A stretch of 64,000 bases of DNA from Thermodesulfobacteriota bacterium (lineage in GTDB: Bacteria; Desulfobacterota; Binatia; UBA9968; JAJDTQ01), in the NCBI GenBank assembly GCA_965116735.1, contig OZ220712.1:181907-245906 (forward strand). Direction: 5' to 3'. The notes under the pieces were generated by a model that worked only from the letters and a program-made list of their open reading frames with translations, was not told the DNA's origin and ran no database searches. Shown piece after piece: positions 1-9,130 of the stretch. Every line of letters starts with the position of its first letter. Positions within the stretch are counted from its first letter, which is position 1. The position numbers and the translations under genes were made by a program.

Positions 1-1905
1 ATCGTGGCGTTGCCCGTCTCCCGCGTCCTGGCCGTCATCGAGGAGGCGGCGGGCGCCGGCGTGCCGTCGGGCATCGTCGTGGCCGAGGGCTTCGCGGACG
101 GAGATACGGCGGCGGGGCGGCGCCGGCAGCAGGAGCTTCAGCGCCTGGCGGGCGCCGCCGGCATGGCCGTCACCGGCCCGTGCTGCATGGGGGTGGCGAG
201 CCTCCGTTACGGCTTCGCCAACTCCTATTTCTCGATCCCGGAGGACCTGACGCCCGGAGGCGTCTCGCTCGTCTCCCAGAGCGGCGGTCTGACCAACGCC
301 GTCACCGAGTTGGCCGCGAGCCGCAACACCGGCTTCAACTACATCATCTCCAGCGGCAACGAGGCCGTGGTGGAGATGGCCGACTATATCGAATACCTCG
401 CCGACGATCCCGAGACGCGGGTCATCGCCTGCATCATGGAAGGGGCCAAGGACGGCGCCAAGCTGCGCCGGGTGCTGGCCTCCACCGGCCGCAAGAAGCC
501 CGTGGTGGTGTTGAAGCTCGGCCGCACCGAATCAGGACAGAGGGCCACGGTGGCCCACACCGGCACCCTGGCGGGCCAGCGGGAAGCCTACGAGGCGTTG
601 TTTCGCGAAACCGGCGTTGCCCAGGTGGACAGCCTCGACGAGTTGGTGGAGACCGCGGGGCTGTTCCTCCACGCGCCCCTTCCGGCGGGAGAGAGGGTCG
701 TGTTCCTGACCATCTCCGGCGGCGCCACGGCCCTCATCAGCGACGTCAACGCCATCGCCGGCCTCCGGTGCCCGGCCTTGTCCGCGGCCACCAACGCGAA
801 GCTCGGGGAGATTCTCGGTGTCCAGGATCGTCCGTTCAACAACCCCATCGACACCGTGGGGATGCCGCGCATCGAACAGGGTAACAATCTCACGACGGTT
901 CTCGACACGCTGTTGAACGACGACGGCATCGATCTGGTGGGGTTGGCTCTCAGCACCAAACGGGTGCATGTGCCCACGCAAAAGAAGCTGCTGGACCAGG
1001 TGGCCGCCTGCGCCCGGACCACGACGAAGCCGCTGTTCGTGCTGTCCCTGGTGTCCAACGGTCTCACGGCAGACTGCCGCACGTTCTCCGCCGAGACCGC
1101 CGTGCCGATGCTGGAGGACGTGACCGGCGGGATGAAGGCCGTGCGCAAGCTCGTGGATCACGGGGTGTTCCGGCGCAGGCGGAAGCCGGTTCGGATGGCG
1201 GCGGACTCCGTGGAGTTTCATGCTCCGGAAGGCGTCGGCGCGTTGACCGAGCACGACAGCAAGCGCATCCTCGCCCGTGCGGGCATCACCGTGACCCGTG
1301 AAGGGCTCGCCGAGACGCCCGAGGAGGCGATGGAGAGAGCTGCCGACCTTGGTCGCCCGGTGGCTTTGAAGGTCCAGTCACCCGACGTGCCGCACAAGTC
1401 GGATGCCGGGGGCGTCCATCTTGGCGCCGCAACCGCCGAGGAGGTGGAGACCGCCTACCTCCGCATCACCAGGAACGTCAAGGCGGCGCACCCCGACGCC
1501 CGCATCGACGGCGTCCTGGTGCAGGAAATGGTCTCCGACGGGCTGGAAGTCATCGTCGGCATGGTGCACGATGCACAGTTCGGGCCGCTGGTGATGGTGG
1601 GGCTGGGCGGTATCTACGTCGAAGTGTTCAAGGACGCCGCCTTCCGCCTGCCGCCGCTGGACGAGGAAGACGTGCGCGAGATGCTGGCGGAACTGCGCGG
1701 AGGGGTGCTGCTGGACGGCCCGCGGGGAGGGAAGCCCCGTGACGTGGATGCGCTGGTGGATTGCGTGGTCCGTTTCGGCGACTTCGTCGCCCACAACGCC
1801 GGGCGCTTTACCGCGGTGGAGATGAACCCGGTGATGGTGCGTCCCCAAGGCCTCGGCGTAGCGGTGGCGGACGCCCTGATAACGGTGGCAGCGGAAACGG
1901 GCTAG
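1..1905 (+). CDS. acyl-CoA synthetase, ADP/NDP-forming (CoA-binding + ATP-grasp); 5' end outside window
   Basis: ORF 4..1905 is open to the window edge. Succinyl-CoA-ligase-like CoA-binding/flavodoxin part followed by an ATP-grasp part (..LKVQSPDVPHKSDAGGVHLG..), recognised by eye. Confidence 0.8.
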   Translation: MVALPVSRVLAVIEEAAGAGVPSGIVVAEGFADGDTAAGRRRQQELQRLAGAAGMAVTGPCCMGVASLRYGFANSYFSIPEDLTPGGVSLVSQSGGLTNAVTELAASRNTGFNYIISSGNEAVVEMADYIEYLADDPETRVIACIMEGAKDGAKLRRVLASTGRKKPVVVLKLGRTESGQRATVAHTGTLAGQREAYEALFRETGVAQVDSLDELVETAGLFLHAPLPAGERVVFLTISGGATALISDVNAIAGLRCPALSAATNAKLGEILGVQDRPFNNPIDTVGMPRIEQGNNLTTVLDTLLNDDGIDLVGLALSTKRVHVPTQKKLLDQVAACARTTTKPLFVLSLVSNGLTADCRTFSAETAVPMLEDVTGGMKAVRKLVDHGVFRRRRKPVRMAADSVEFHAPEGVGALTEHDSKRILARAGITVTREGLAETPEEAMERAADLGRPVALKVQSPDVPHKSDAGGVHLGAATAEEVETAYLRITRNVKAAHPDARIDGVLVQEMVSDGLEVIVGMVHDAQFGPLVMVGLGGIYVEVFKDAAFRLPPLDEEDVREMLAELRGGVLLDGPRGGKPRDVDALVDCVVRFGDFVAHNAGRFTAVEMNPVMVRPQGLGVAVADALITVAAETG

Positions 1906-2066
1906 TGTCGCGTCCCGTGAATTCCTGGCATAAGTTGCGCAGGATTTTTTGTTGTCGGCAAGGCGCGATGACGAGCAGTGGCGGGCACCACGCGGGGAAG
2001 AGCAACGCAGCCGACGGCGAAAAAGACCAGCAAATTATGCCAGGAAATTACGGGACACGACACTAG
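1902..2066. mobile_element. MITE copy 1 (165 bp, CTAG-flanked, ~30-bp terminal inverted repeats)
   Basis: ctagtgtcgcgtcccgtgaattcctggcataa ... ttatgccaggaaattacgggacacgacactag. Same core as the copies at 29968 and 32800. The left CTAG contains the stop codon of the upstream gene. Confidence 0.8.
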
Positions 2067-2116
2067 GCAGGGGCGACACGCGGTCACCCCTCTCGACCGA
2101 ACACGAGGGAGCTTCA

Positions 2117-2917
2117 ATGACCTACGAGAACATCCTGTACGACGTGGCCGACCACGTAGCCACCATCACCCTCAACCGTCCCGAATCCATGAACGCCATC
2201 AGCTACAAGGCCCGGGACGAGCTGCACGACGCCTGCGCCCAAGTGTCGGCCGATCCGGACGTGTGGGTGTGCATCATCACCGGGGCCGGGGAGCGGGCCT
2301 TCTCCACCGGGCTCGACCTGAAGGAGCGGGCGCGCGAGGTGGACGATTCGACATTCTTCGAGAAACGCCGGGTGCGCAACCGCGCGGGCATGCAAGGGCA
2401 GAACCTGCTGGTGGCCGCCATGGAAAAGCCCACCATCGCGGCGATTCGCGGCTACGCCGTGGGCGGCGGCCTGGAGCTGGCGCTGGCCTGCGACATCCGC
2501 GTTGCCGCGGAGGACGCCAAGCTCGGCATGTTCGAGGTGCGTCGCGGGCGCTTGGGCGGCGGCGGCGGCACGCAGCGCCTGCCGCGGCTCGTCGGCATGG
2601 CCAAGGCGCTGGAGCTGTCCCTCACCGGCGAGGCCGTGGACGCCCACGAGGCCCTGCGCATCGGGTTGGTCAACAAGGTCGCGCCGGTGGACCAGTACAT
2701 GGACGTGGCCCGGGAGATCGCGGCCAAGATCTGTCTGGGCGCTCCGTTGTCGGTCATCGCCATCAAGGAAGCCATCACCAAGGGGATCCAGCTCCCCCTG
2801 GAGCAGGGCCTGAAGCTTGAGAGCGACCTGGGCCTGGCGCTATCCACCACCGAGGACCAGAAGGAAGGCTCCCGCGCCTTCGCGGAGAAGCGCCCGGCCG
2901 TGTGGAAGGCCCGGTAG
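2117..2917 (+). CDS. enoyl-CoA hydratase/isomerase (crotonase family)
   Basis: MTYENILYDVADHVATITLNRPESMNA.. and GGGLELALACDIR motifs. GAGGGA RBS 7 nt upstream. The upstream part of ORF 1949.. lies inside the MITE. Confidence 0.9.
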   Translation: MTYENILYDVADHVATITLNRPESMNAISYKARDELHDACAQVSADPDVWVCIITGAGERAFSTGLDLKERAREVDDSTFFEKRRVRNRAGMQGQNLLVAAMEKPTIAAIRGYAVGGGLELALACDIRVAAEDAKLGMFEVRRGRLGGGGGTQRLPRLVGMAKALELSLTGEAVDAHEALRIGLVNKVAPVDQYMDVAREIAAKICLGAPLSVIAIKEAITKGIQLPLEQGLKLESDLGLALSTTEDQKEGSRAFAEKRPAVWKAR

Positions 2918-2966
2918 ACGTCCCATACCCGTCGCTGGTACGAAACGGCGTCAAGGCCCCGAACCC

Positions 2967-3018
2967 GTCATTCCGGCGAAAAGCCTGCCCCGTACTTGAT
3001 ACGGGGCCGGAATCCAGG
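2967..3018. repeat. REP-like palindrome, family E (gtcattccggcg...gccggaatcc) with a nested ccccgta/tacgggg hairpin
   Basis: Inverted repeat read directly. Related arms at 9131..9300 and 50422..50450. Confidence 0.7.
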
Positions 3019-3047
3019 GCGGGTAGGGCGGGGCCGCAGGAGGAACC

Positions 3048-4220
3048 ATGAGCACCAACCTGAACGGCAAATACGCCATCGTCGGCGTCGGCCAGAGCCC
3101 CCTCGGCAAGGTCCCGGAGATGGGCCCCATCGGGCTGTTCGCGGTGGCGGCCAAGAACGCCATCGAGGACGCGGGTCTGAGGAAGGAGGACGTGGACGGC
3201 CTCATCACCCGCGGCCCGGACGACGTCTACTGCCACCACCAGAGGGTGGGGGAGGCTCTCGGACTCAACGTGACATTCAGCACCTCCACCGCCAACGGCG
3301 GCGCCAGCCAGACCATGGCGGTTGCCATGGCGTGCATGGCCATCGAAGCCGGCGTCTGCAACACCGTGGTGGTGGGCTACGGCCGCGACACCTGGTCCCG
3401 CACCCACCGCACGGCCGAGGCCAAGCAGGCGGTGGCCTCGCGGCCCCGCACCTACTCGGAGTTCGGCTCCGAGTTCGGCCAGTTCGGCGCGCCGGTGAAC
3501 TACGCCATCGCGGCCCGCCGCCACATGGAGCGCTTCGGCACCACCAAGGCGCAGCTCGGCGCCATCGCGGTGGCGTTCCGGAACCATGCGCGCAAGAACC
3601 CCCACGCGTTCATGCAGAAACCCCTGGATCTGGACGAGTACCTGAGCGCCCGGCTGATCGTGGACCCGCTGTGCCTCTACGACTGCAGCGTGTTCATCGA
3701 CGGCGCCGGCGCGGTGGTGGTGACCACCGCCGAGCGCGCCCGCGACCTCAGGCAGCCGCCGGCCTACGTCCTGGGGTTCGGCTTCGGCAACCGTCTGAGC
3801 GGTTGGTTCACCGACGACAACATGATCACCACCGGCGCCAGGGAGGCCGGGGAGGCCGCCTACAAGATGGCGGGCATCGGCCCCAAGGACGTGGACACCG
3901 CCCAGATCTACGACTGCTTCACCCACATGGTGCTGCTGCAACTGGAGGACTACGGCTTCTGCGCCAAGGGCGAGGGCGGCCCGTTCGTCGGCTCCGGGGC
4001 GCTGGAGGCCGACGGGGTGCTACCCACCAACACCTCCGGCGGCCAGCTTTCCGAGGGTCACATCGAGGGCATGCTCCAGGTGCTGGAAGGCGCCCGCCAG
4101 GTGCGCCGCGAGCACACCCCCGACCGGCAGGTGAAGGACTGCAACATCGCCCTGGTCAGCGGCCACGGCGGCAACACCGTGTGCCAGTCGGCGCTGATCC
4201 TGGGGAGGGAAGCGGGATGA
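3048..4220 (+). CDS. thiolase-like protein (SCP-x / lipid-transfer-protein type)
   Basis: 390-aa ORF with AGGAGG RBS. Thiolase N and C domain features (..AMACMAIEAG.., ..NTSGGQLSEGH..). Confidence 0.85.
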   Translation: MSTNLNGKYAIVGVGQSPLGKVPEMGPIGLFAVAAKNAIEDAGLRKEDVDGLITRGPDDVYCHHQRVGEALGLNVTFSTSTANGGASQTMAVAMACMAIEAGVCNTVVVGYGRDTWSRTHRTAEAKQAVASRPRTYSEFGSEFGQFGAPVNYAIAARRHMERFGTTKAQLGAIAVAFRNHARKNPHAFMQKPLDLDEYLSARLIVDPLCLYDCSVFIDGAGAVVVTTAERARDLRQPPAYVLGFGFGNRLSGWFTDDNMITTGAREAGEAAYKMAGIGPKDVDTAQIYDCFTHMVLLQLEDYGFCAKGEGGPFVGSGALEADGVLPTNTSGGQLSEGHIEGMLQVLEGARQVRREHTPDRQVKDCNIALVSGHGGNTVCQSALILGREAG

Positions 4221-4633
4221 GCGAGTACCAAAAGCCGCTGCCGCCGCCGTCGGTGGAGTCGGAGCCCTTCTGGGACGGCTGCCGGCGCCACGAGCTGCTG
4301 GTGCCCCGTTGCGACGCCTGCTCGCACCACTGGTTCCCGGCCACCGCCACCTGCCCCGAGTGCTGGAGCACCGACTGGGCCTGGACCCGGGTGAGCGGCA
4401 AGGGAAAGATCTATTCCTTCGGCGTCTACCACCGGGCCTACCACAAGGGTTTCGCCGAGGATCTGCCCTATGCCCTGGTGGTGGTGGAGCTGGACGAGGG
4501 CCCCCGCCTCACCACCAATGTGGTGGGCTGCAACCCGGACGCGCTGAGCTGCGACATGCCCGTTGAGGTGGTGTTCGACGACGTCACCGACGACCGGACC
4601 CTGTACAAGTTCAAACCCGTCAACGATCGTTAA
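4217..4633 (+). CDS. DUF35 Zn-ribbon/OB-fold protein (thiolase partner)
   Basis: ATGA start/stop overlap with the thiolase gene. CDAC...CPEC zinc ribbon followed by an OB-fold-like tail. Only the 3' part of ORF 2996..4633 is used. Confidence 0.85.
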   Translation: MSEYQKPLPPPSVESEPFWDGCRRHELLVPRCDACSHHWFPATATCPECWSTDWAWTRVSGKGKIYSFGVYHRAYHKGFAEDLPYALVVVELDEGPRLTTNVVGCNPDALSCDMPVEVVFDDVTDDRTLYKFKPVNDR

Positions 4634-4646
4634 CGCCCCTACAACC

Positions 4647-4679
4647 CCCTCTCCCCTTGGGAGAGGGCCGGGGTGAGGG
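4647..4679. repeat. REP-like palindrome, family C (ccctctcccc-ttgg-gagaggg..ggggtgaggg)
   Basis: Hairpin read directly. Two more copies lie inside 9131..9300. Confidence 0.7.
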
Positions 4680-4730
4680 TGCACGGCCCACCGTCCAAGG
4701 AGGGGAAGGCGCCCAAGGAGGTAACCCGTC

Positions 4731-5900
4731 ATGCTGCACAGCACCGAACACATTCTCGTCACCCACACCGGCAGCCTGCCGCGCCCCCGCCAGCTCATCG
4801 AGTTGATGCTGGCGGAGAACGAGGGCAAAACCGTGGACCCGGGCGAGTACGAGGAGAAGCTCCGGAGCGCGGTGCACGACATCGTGCGTTTCCAGATGGA
4901 CCTTGGTGTCGACGTCGTCGACGACGGCGAGTTCAGCAAGCGCGGCTTCGCGGTCTACGCACACCAGCGCCTGGACGGGCTCACGCCCACCGGCCGGGTG
5001 CGGGTGTCGCCCTGGGCAGGCTCCCGGGAGTCGCAGGCGTTCCCCGAGTACTACGGCTACTACAGCCCGGTGCCGGGGACCAAGCCCAACCCCAGCAACA
5101 TGCAGATGGTCTGCACCGGCCCCATCGCGTACAAGGCCCAGGACAGGCTGGCGCAGGATCTGGCGAACCTGAAGGCCGCGGTGGGTGAAGCCGGAGCCGC
5201 GGAGGCCTTCGTGCCCGCCATCTCCCCCTGCGACGTGGCCGGCAACCAGGAGAACGAGTACTACAAGAGCGACGAGGAGTTCCTGTTCGCCATCGCCGAC
5301 GCCCTCCGGGTGGAGTACGAGGCCATCGTCGACGCCGGCTTCCTGCTCCAGATCGACGACCCGCTGCTGATCAACTACTACGTCAAGAATCCGGACCTGA
5401 GCGTCGCCCAGTGCCGCGCCTGGGCCGAGGGCCAGATCGAGGCCATCAACCACGCCCTGCGGGACATCCCCGAGGACCGGGTGCGCTACCACACCTGCTA
5501 CGGCATCAACATGGGACCGCGGGTCTACGACATGGAGATGAAGGACTACATCGACATCGTGCTCAAGATCCGCGCCGGCGCCTTCTCCTTCGAGGCCTCC
5601 AACCCGCGCCACGAGCACGAGTGGAAAGTATGGGAGGACGTGAAGCTGCCCGACGGCAAGCTCATCATCCCCGGCGTCATCACCCAGTCGTCGGTGCTGG
5701 TGGAGCACCCCGAGTTGATCGCCCAGCGCCTCGAGCGCTTCGCCGGCGTGGTGGGCCGCGAGAACGTCATCGCCGGAAGCGACTGCGGCTTCGGCACCCA
5801 GGCCCTGGAGGTCCCCGAGATCCATCCCGACATCGTCTGGGCCAAATTCCAGGCCATGTCCGAGGGAGCGAGGCTGGCGAGCGAGCGGCTGTGGGGGTGA
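4731..5900 (+). CDS. cobalamin-independent methionine synthase (MetE C-terminal domain)-like / UROD-superfamily protein
   Basis: 389-aa ORF with AGGAGG RBS. N-terminal ..HTGSLPRP..L motif typical of MetE-C-like proteins. Confidence 0.75.
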   Translation: MLHSTEHILVTHTGSLPRPRQLIELMLAENEGKTVDPGEYEEKLRSAVHDIVRFQMDLGVDVVDDGEFSKRGFAVYAHQRLDGLTPTGRVRVSPWAGSRESQAFPEYYGYYSPVPGTKPNPSNMQMVCTGPIAYKAQDRLAQDLANLKAAVGEAGAAEAFVPAISPCDVAGNQENEYYKSDEEFLFAIADALRVEYEAIVDAGFLLQIDDPLLINYYVKNPDLSVAQCRAWAEGQIEAINHALRDIPEDRVRYHTCYGINMGPRVYDMEMKDYIDIVLKIRAGAFSFEASNPRHEHEWKVWEDVKLPDGKLIIPGVITQSSVLVEHPELIAQRLERFAGVVGRENVIAGSDCGFGTQALEVPEIHPDIVWAKFQAMSEGARLASERLWG

Positions 5901-6034
5901 GGATGGCAGCTTAAGTATTGATCCGTCAAGAAACTGCACTCGTGATTTGAGCAAGTTCCATGCCATTCGTCGACCCGGGGGAATGACCAAGTACGGCGAA
6001 ACCCGACCAGAACACGACACATCTTTGAATAGTC

Positions 6035-6062
6035 TTGACCAAAATACGATGGTATGGATAAT
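6035..6062 (+). promoter_or_regulatory. possible sigma-70 promoter (TTGACC-16-GATAAT)
   Basis: Hexamers read directly in the AT-rich spacer. The -10 overlaps the first ATG of ORF 6054, which favours the ATG at 6072 as the start. Confidence 0.3.
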
Positions 6063-6071
6063 AGTCAAGCT

Positions 6072-7280
6072 ATGGACACGGAATCGCGCGTCTACGACGC
6101 CCTGCTGGCCGAGCACTTGTCCGCCAACCGGCAGATGGCGTTTGTCAGCGGTCCGCGGCAGGTAGGTAAGACCACGACTTGTCGGCGTCATGCCGACAAC
6201 TATTGCAACTGGGACAATCTCGATGACAGGGAGGCCGTGCTGGCGGGTCCGGCTAGCTTGGCCGCCGCCATGGGAGCGGATCGGCTCTCCACCACCGCTC
6301 CTGTAGCGCTCTTCGACGAACTTCACAAGTTCCCGAACTGGAAGCCCTTCCTGAAGGGTCTGTTCGACACATACGCTGACCGCCTTCGCATCATCGTCAC
6401 CGGCAGCAGCCGCCTGGACGTTTACCGCCGGGGCGGCGATAGCCTGATGGGTCGCTACTTCTCCTATCGGATGCATCCGTTTTCCGTGGCCGAAACGGTG
6501 AGCCGGGAACTTCCCGAAGCGGATAGGGTCGTCCGGTCGCCGGACAGGATCGAAGCTGACGATTTCGAAGCGTTGTGGAGTCACGGAGGGTATCCTGAGC
6601 CGTACCTTAGACGCGATAACCGGTTCAGCCGAAGGTGGCGGTCGCTACGCTACGCACAACTCGTCCGGGAAGACATACGCGACCTCACCCAGGTTCAGCA
6701 GATCGACCAGTTGGAGGTGCTCGTCCGCCGTTTGAGCCGCCAGTCGGGGCGTCAACTCGTGTATGGCAACCTCGCCAGGGAGGTGCGGGTGTCAGCGGAT
6801 ACCATCCGTCGGTGGGTGGCCGCTTTGTGCGATTTCCACCTGGGATTCCTGGTCAGGCCGTGGTTCCGGAACGTCTCGCGATCTCTGCGCAAGGAGCCCA
6901 AGTGGTACCTGAGGGACTGGGCGGACATCGAGGACGACGGAGAGAAGTCCGAGACCTTCGTCGCGTGTCACCTCCTCAAGGCGGTCGACGGCTGGAACGA
7001 CATGGGGCTCGGCCGGTTCGAGCTCGGCTACCTGCGCGACCGGCAAAAGCGGGAAGTCGATTTCGTGGTGGCCCGTGAAGGTCAGCCTTGGTTCCTGGTG
7101 GAGGTGAAACACCGGGATGAATCCATGAGTCGGTCTCTTAGGTACTTCCAGGATCAGGTTGACGCGCCGTTTGCGTTTCAGGTGGTCGTCGATGCCGACT
7201 TCGTTGACGCCGATTGCTTCGCGAAGCCGAGACCGCCGCTGGTAGTCCCGGCCCGAACCTTCTTGTCGCAGCTCTTATGA
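6072..7280 (+). CDS. AAA-family ATPase with DUF4143 domain (AAA_14/DUF4143 type)
   Basis: Walker A GPRQVGKTT and the usual architecture. Sits in a patch that is AT-richer than its neighbours. The start could also be 6054. Confidence 0.8.
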   Translation: MDTESRVYDALLAEHLSANRQMAFVSGPRQVGKTTTCRRHADNYCNWDNLDDREAVLAGPASLAAAMGADRLSTTAPVALFDELHKFPNWKPFLKGLFDTYADRLRIIVTGSSRLDVYRRGGDSLMGRYFSYRMHPFSVAETVSRELPEADRVVRSPDRIEADDFEALWSHGGYPEPYLRRDNRFSRRWRSLRYAQLVREDIRDLTQVQQIDQLEVLVRRLSRQSGRQLVYGNLAREVRVSADTIRRWVAALCDFHLGFLVRPWFRNVSRSLRKEPKWYLRDWADIEDDGEKSETFVACHLLKAVDGWNDMGLGRFELGYLRDRQKREVDFVVAREGQPWFLVEVKHRDESMSRSLRYFQDQVDAPFAFQVVVDADFVDADCFAKPRPPLVVPARTFLSQLL

Positions 7281-7360
7281 CGCTCGTCATGCCGTTGACA
7301 ACTTAAACTCCCCTTGGGTAAGGTCTCGCAGGTAAACCACGCAGTGTGATGGAGGGCTTT

Positions 7361-7954
7361 ATGGGAAAGCTTGAGATGCTGGATCCGAGGGCCGACGTTC
7401 TCCTGGAGAATCATCCGCCCGTCCCTGGGCTGGATGATCTGGCCGGGAAAGTCGTGGGTATCCTCGACAACGGTCAGGCCAACTCGAGCCCGATGTTCGA
7501 GGAGCTGGCGCGGTTGATCGAGGAGCAGACGGGCGCGGCGGAAGTGCTGCTGCGGAAGAAGCCCAGCCACATGAACGCGGCGCCGGGGGAAATGATCGAG
7601 GAGATGCTGAGCCGGTGCGACGCGGTCGTCACCGGCCTGGGCGCTTGAGGGTCGTGCACGTCGTGGAGTGTCCACGACGCCATCGAGATCCAGAAGCGCG
7701 GCACCCCCACGGTGACCCTTTGCCAGACCATCTTCATGGAACTGGGCCGGAAGGAAGCGACGTTCTTCGGCATGCCCAAGCTGCCGCTGGTGCAGATCCC
7801 GCACCACCCGAGCGGCGGCGCGCGGCCCGGCGAGCACGCCGAGGACGCAAGGATCGCCATCGGGCCGGTTCGCGAGAACCTGACGGACGCCGACACCGGC
7901 GAGCGGGCGGCGGGATCGGGCGCCGCTGTTGCCGAAGCGCAGGCCGCGAAGTAG
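7361..7954 (+). CDS. UGSC-type (seleno)protein, in-frame TGA (Sec) at 7646..7648
   Basis: ORFs 7346..7648 and 7712..7954 share one frame and are separated only by one TGA. Read-through gives ..VVTGLGA-U-GSCTSWSVHDAIEIQKRG... GGAGGG RBS lies before the ATG at 7361, and a hairpin starts 10 nt after the TGA. Confidence 0.7.
7659..7679 (+). promoter_or_regulatory. SECIS-like stem-loop (9-bp stem, GUG loop)
   Basis: cgtcgtgga-gtg-tccacgacg is perfectly complementary and begins 10 nt downstream of the in-frame TGA. Confidence 0.5.
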
Positions 7955-8002
7955 GGCGCCTCACGCAAGCGCACCGTACGGCACGCGCCTGAACCTTCGC
8001 CC

Positions 8003-9094
8003 ATGGCCACCGACCCGTCACAGGTGAAGCTCGTCTCCGACGTCATCGAGTTGGAGGACTCGCTGGAGGCGGCCAACGACTGGTTCCTGGAGCGCCAGTT
8101 GAGCGACGGCCTGCCCATCGTTCCCCCTACCCGCGAGCGGGCGGAGCGCATGCTCGCGGGCACCCACCGCGACCCCCAGGAGATCCTCGGCCAGGTACCG
8201 CCCAAGTGGGCGCCGGCCACCGTCGAGAAGATCGCCGTCAACTGCGTGATGGCGGGATGCCTGCCGGAATACCTGCCGGTGGTCCTGGCCGCCGTGGAAG
8301 GCATCATGGAGCCCCGCTTCAACCTCTACGGGGTCCAGGCCACCACCGGGTACGCGGGTCCGGCGCTGCTGGTGAACGGCCCGGTCCGGAACGAGATCGG
8401 AATCAACTGCGACGCCGGCGCGTTCGGCCCCGGCCACCGCGCCAATGCCACCATCGGCCGGGCCATCCGCCTGATCCTCATCACCATCGGCGGCGGCTAT
8501 CCCGGCGACACCGACCGCGCCACCTTCGGCTGGCCCGGCAAGTACAGCTTCTGCTTCGGCGAGAACGAGGAGAAGAGCCCCTGGGAGCCCTACCACGTGA
8601 GCCGCGGCTACAAGCCCGAGCAGAGCACCGTGACCGTGTGCGGCATCAACGGCTTCATCCCCATGCACACCGCCGGCAGCACCGGGCAGGAGGCGCTGTC
8701 GTCGCTGGCCGAGGTCATCGCCCTGCACCACGGCGGCAGCCACCTGGACGTGGGCAGCTTCGGCGGCGGCACGCCGCTGGTGGCCCTGTGCAGCGAGGAC
8801 GCCGAGATCCTCGCGCGGGACGGCATCACGCGGGCGGACGTCCGCGAGTACCTGTGGGAGCATTCCACCATCACCTTCGCCAGCATCCCGGACCGCCGCA
8901 AGGGGACCAAGAGCGATGAAGAGCTGCTGCGGGAGTCTCCCAACGTCACCGCGGACGGGATCGTGCACTTGGCCACCCGGCCCGACGACATCATGGTGAT
9001 CGTGACCGGCGGCAAGCACCGGCACTGCGTCCTGCTGCCCATGTGGACAGGGCGCAACACCCTGGCCGTGACCAAGCCGATACGGACGGCCTGA
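8003..9094 (+). CDS. conserved-looking hypothetical protein, Cys-rich (363 aa)
   Basis: Long ORF with normal codon character, 48 nt downstream of the UGSC gene. Motifs DGLPIVPPT, VNCVMAGC, GINCDAGAFGPGHRANATIGRA. I do not recognise a family. Confidence 0.65.
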   Translation: MATDPSQVKLVSDVIELEDSLEAANDWFLERQLSDGLPIVPPTRERAERMLAGTHRDPQEILGQVPPKWAPATVEKIAVNCVMAGCLPEYLPVVLAAVEGIMEPRFNLYGVQATTGYAGPALLVNGPVRNEIGINCDAGAFGPGHRANATIGRAIRLILITIGGGYPGDTDRATFGWPGKYSFCFGENEEKSPWEPYHVSRGYKPEQSTVTVCGINGFIPMHTAGSTGQEALSSLAEVIALHHGGSHLDVGSFGGGTPLVALCSEDAEILARDGITRADVREYLWEHSTITFASIPDRRKGTKSDEELLRESPNVTADGIVHLATRPDDIMVIVTGGKHRHCVLLPMWTGRNTLAVTKPIRTA

Positions 9095-9130
9095 GAATAT
9101 GCCCCCTCTCCCTCATTTCCGGTTCTCTTT

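Noticed and set aside
2996-4633. 545-aa ORF
   Set aside because: Only the last 138 codons (DUF35) are real. The rest is an out-of-frame shadow of the thiolase gene.
4620-6584. 654-aa minus-strand ORF
   Set aside because: It is antisense to the well-supported MetE-like and ATPase genes. The translation is Arg/Gly/Val/His-rich low-complexity sequence, typical of stop-free shadow frames in GC-rich DNA.
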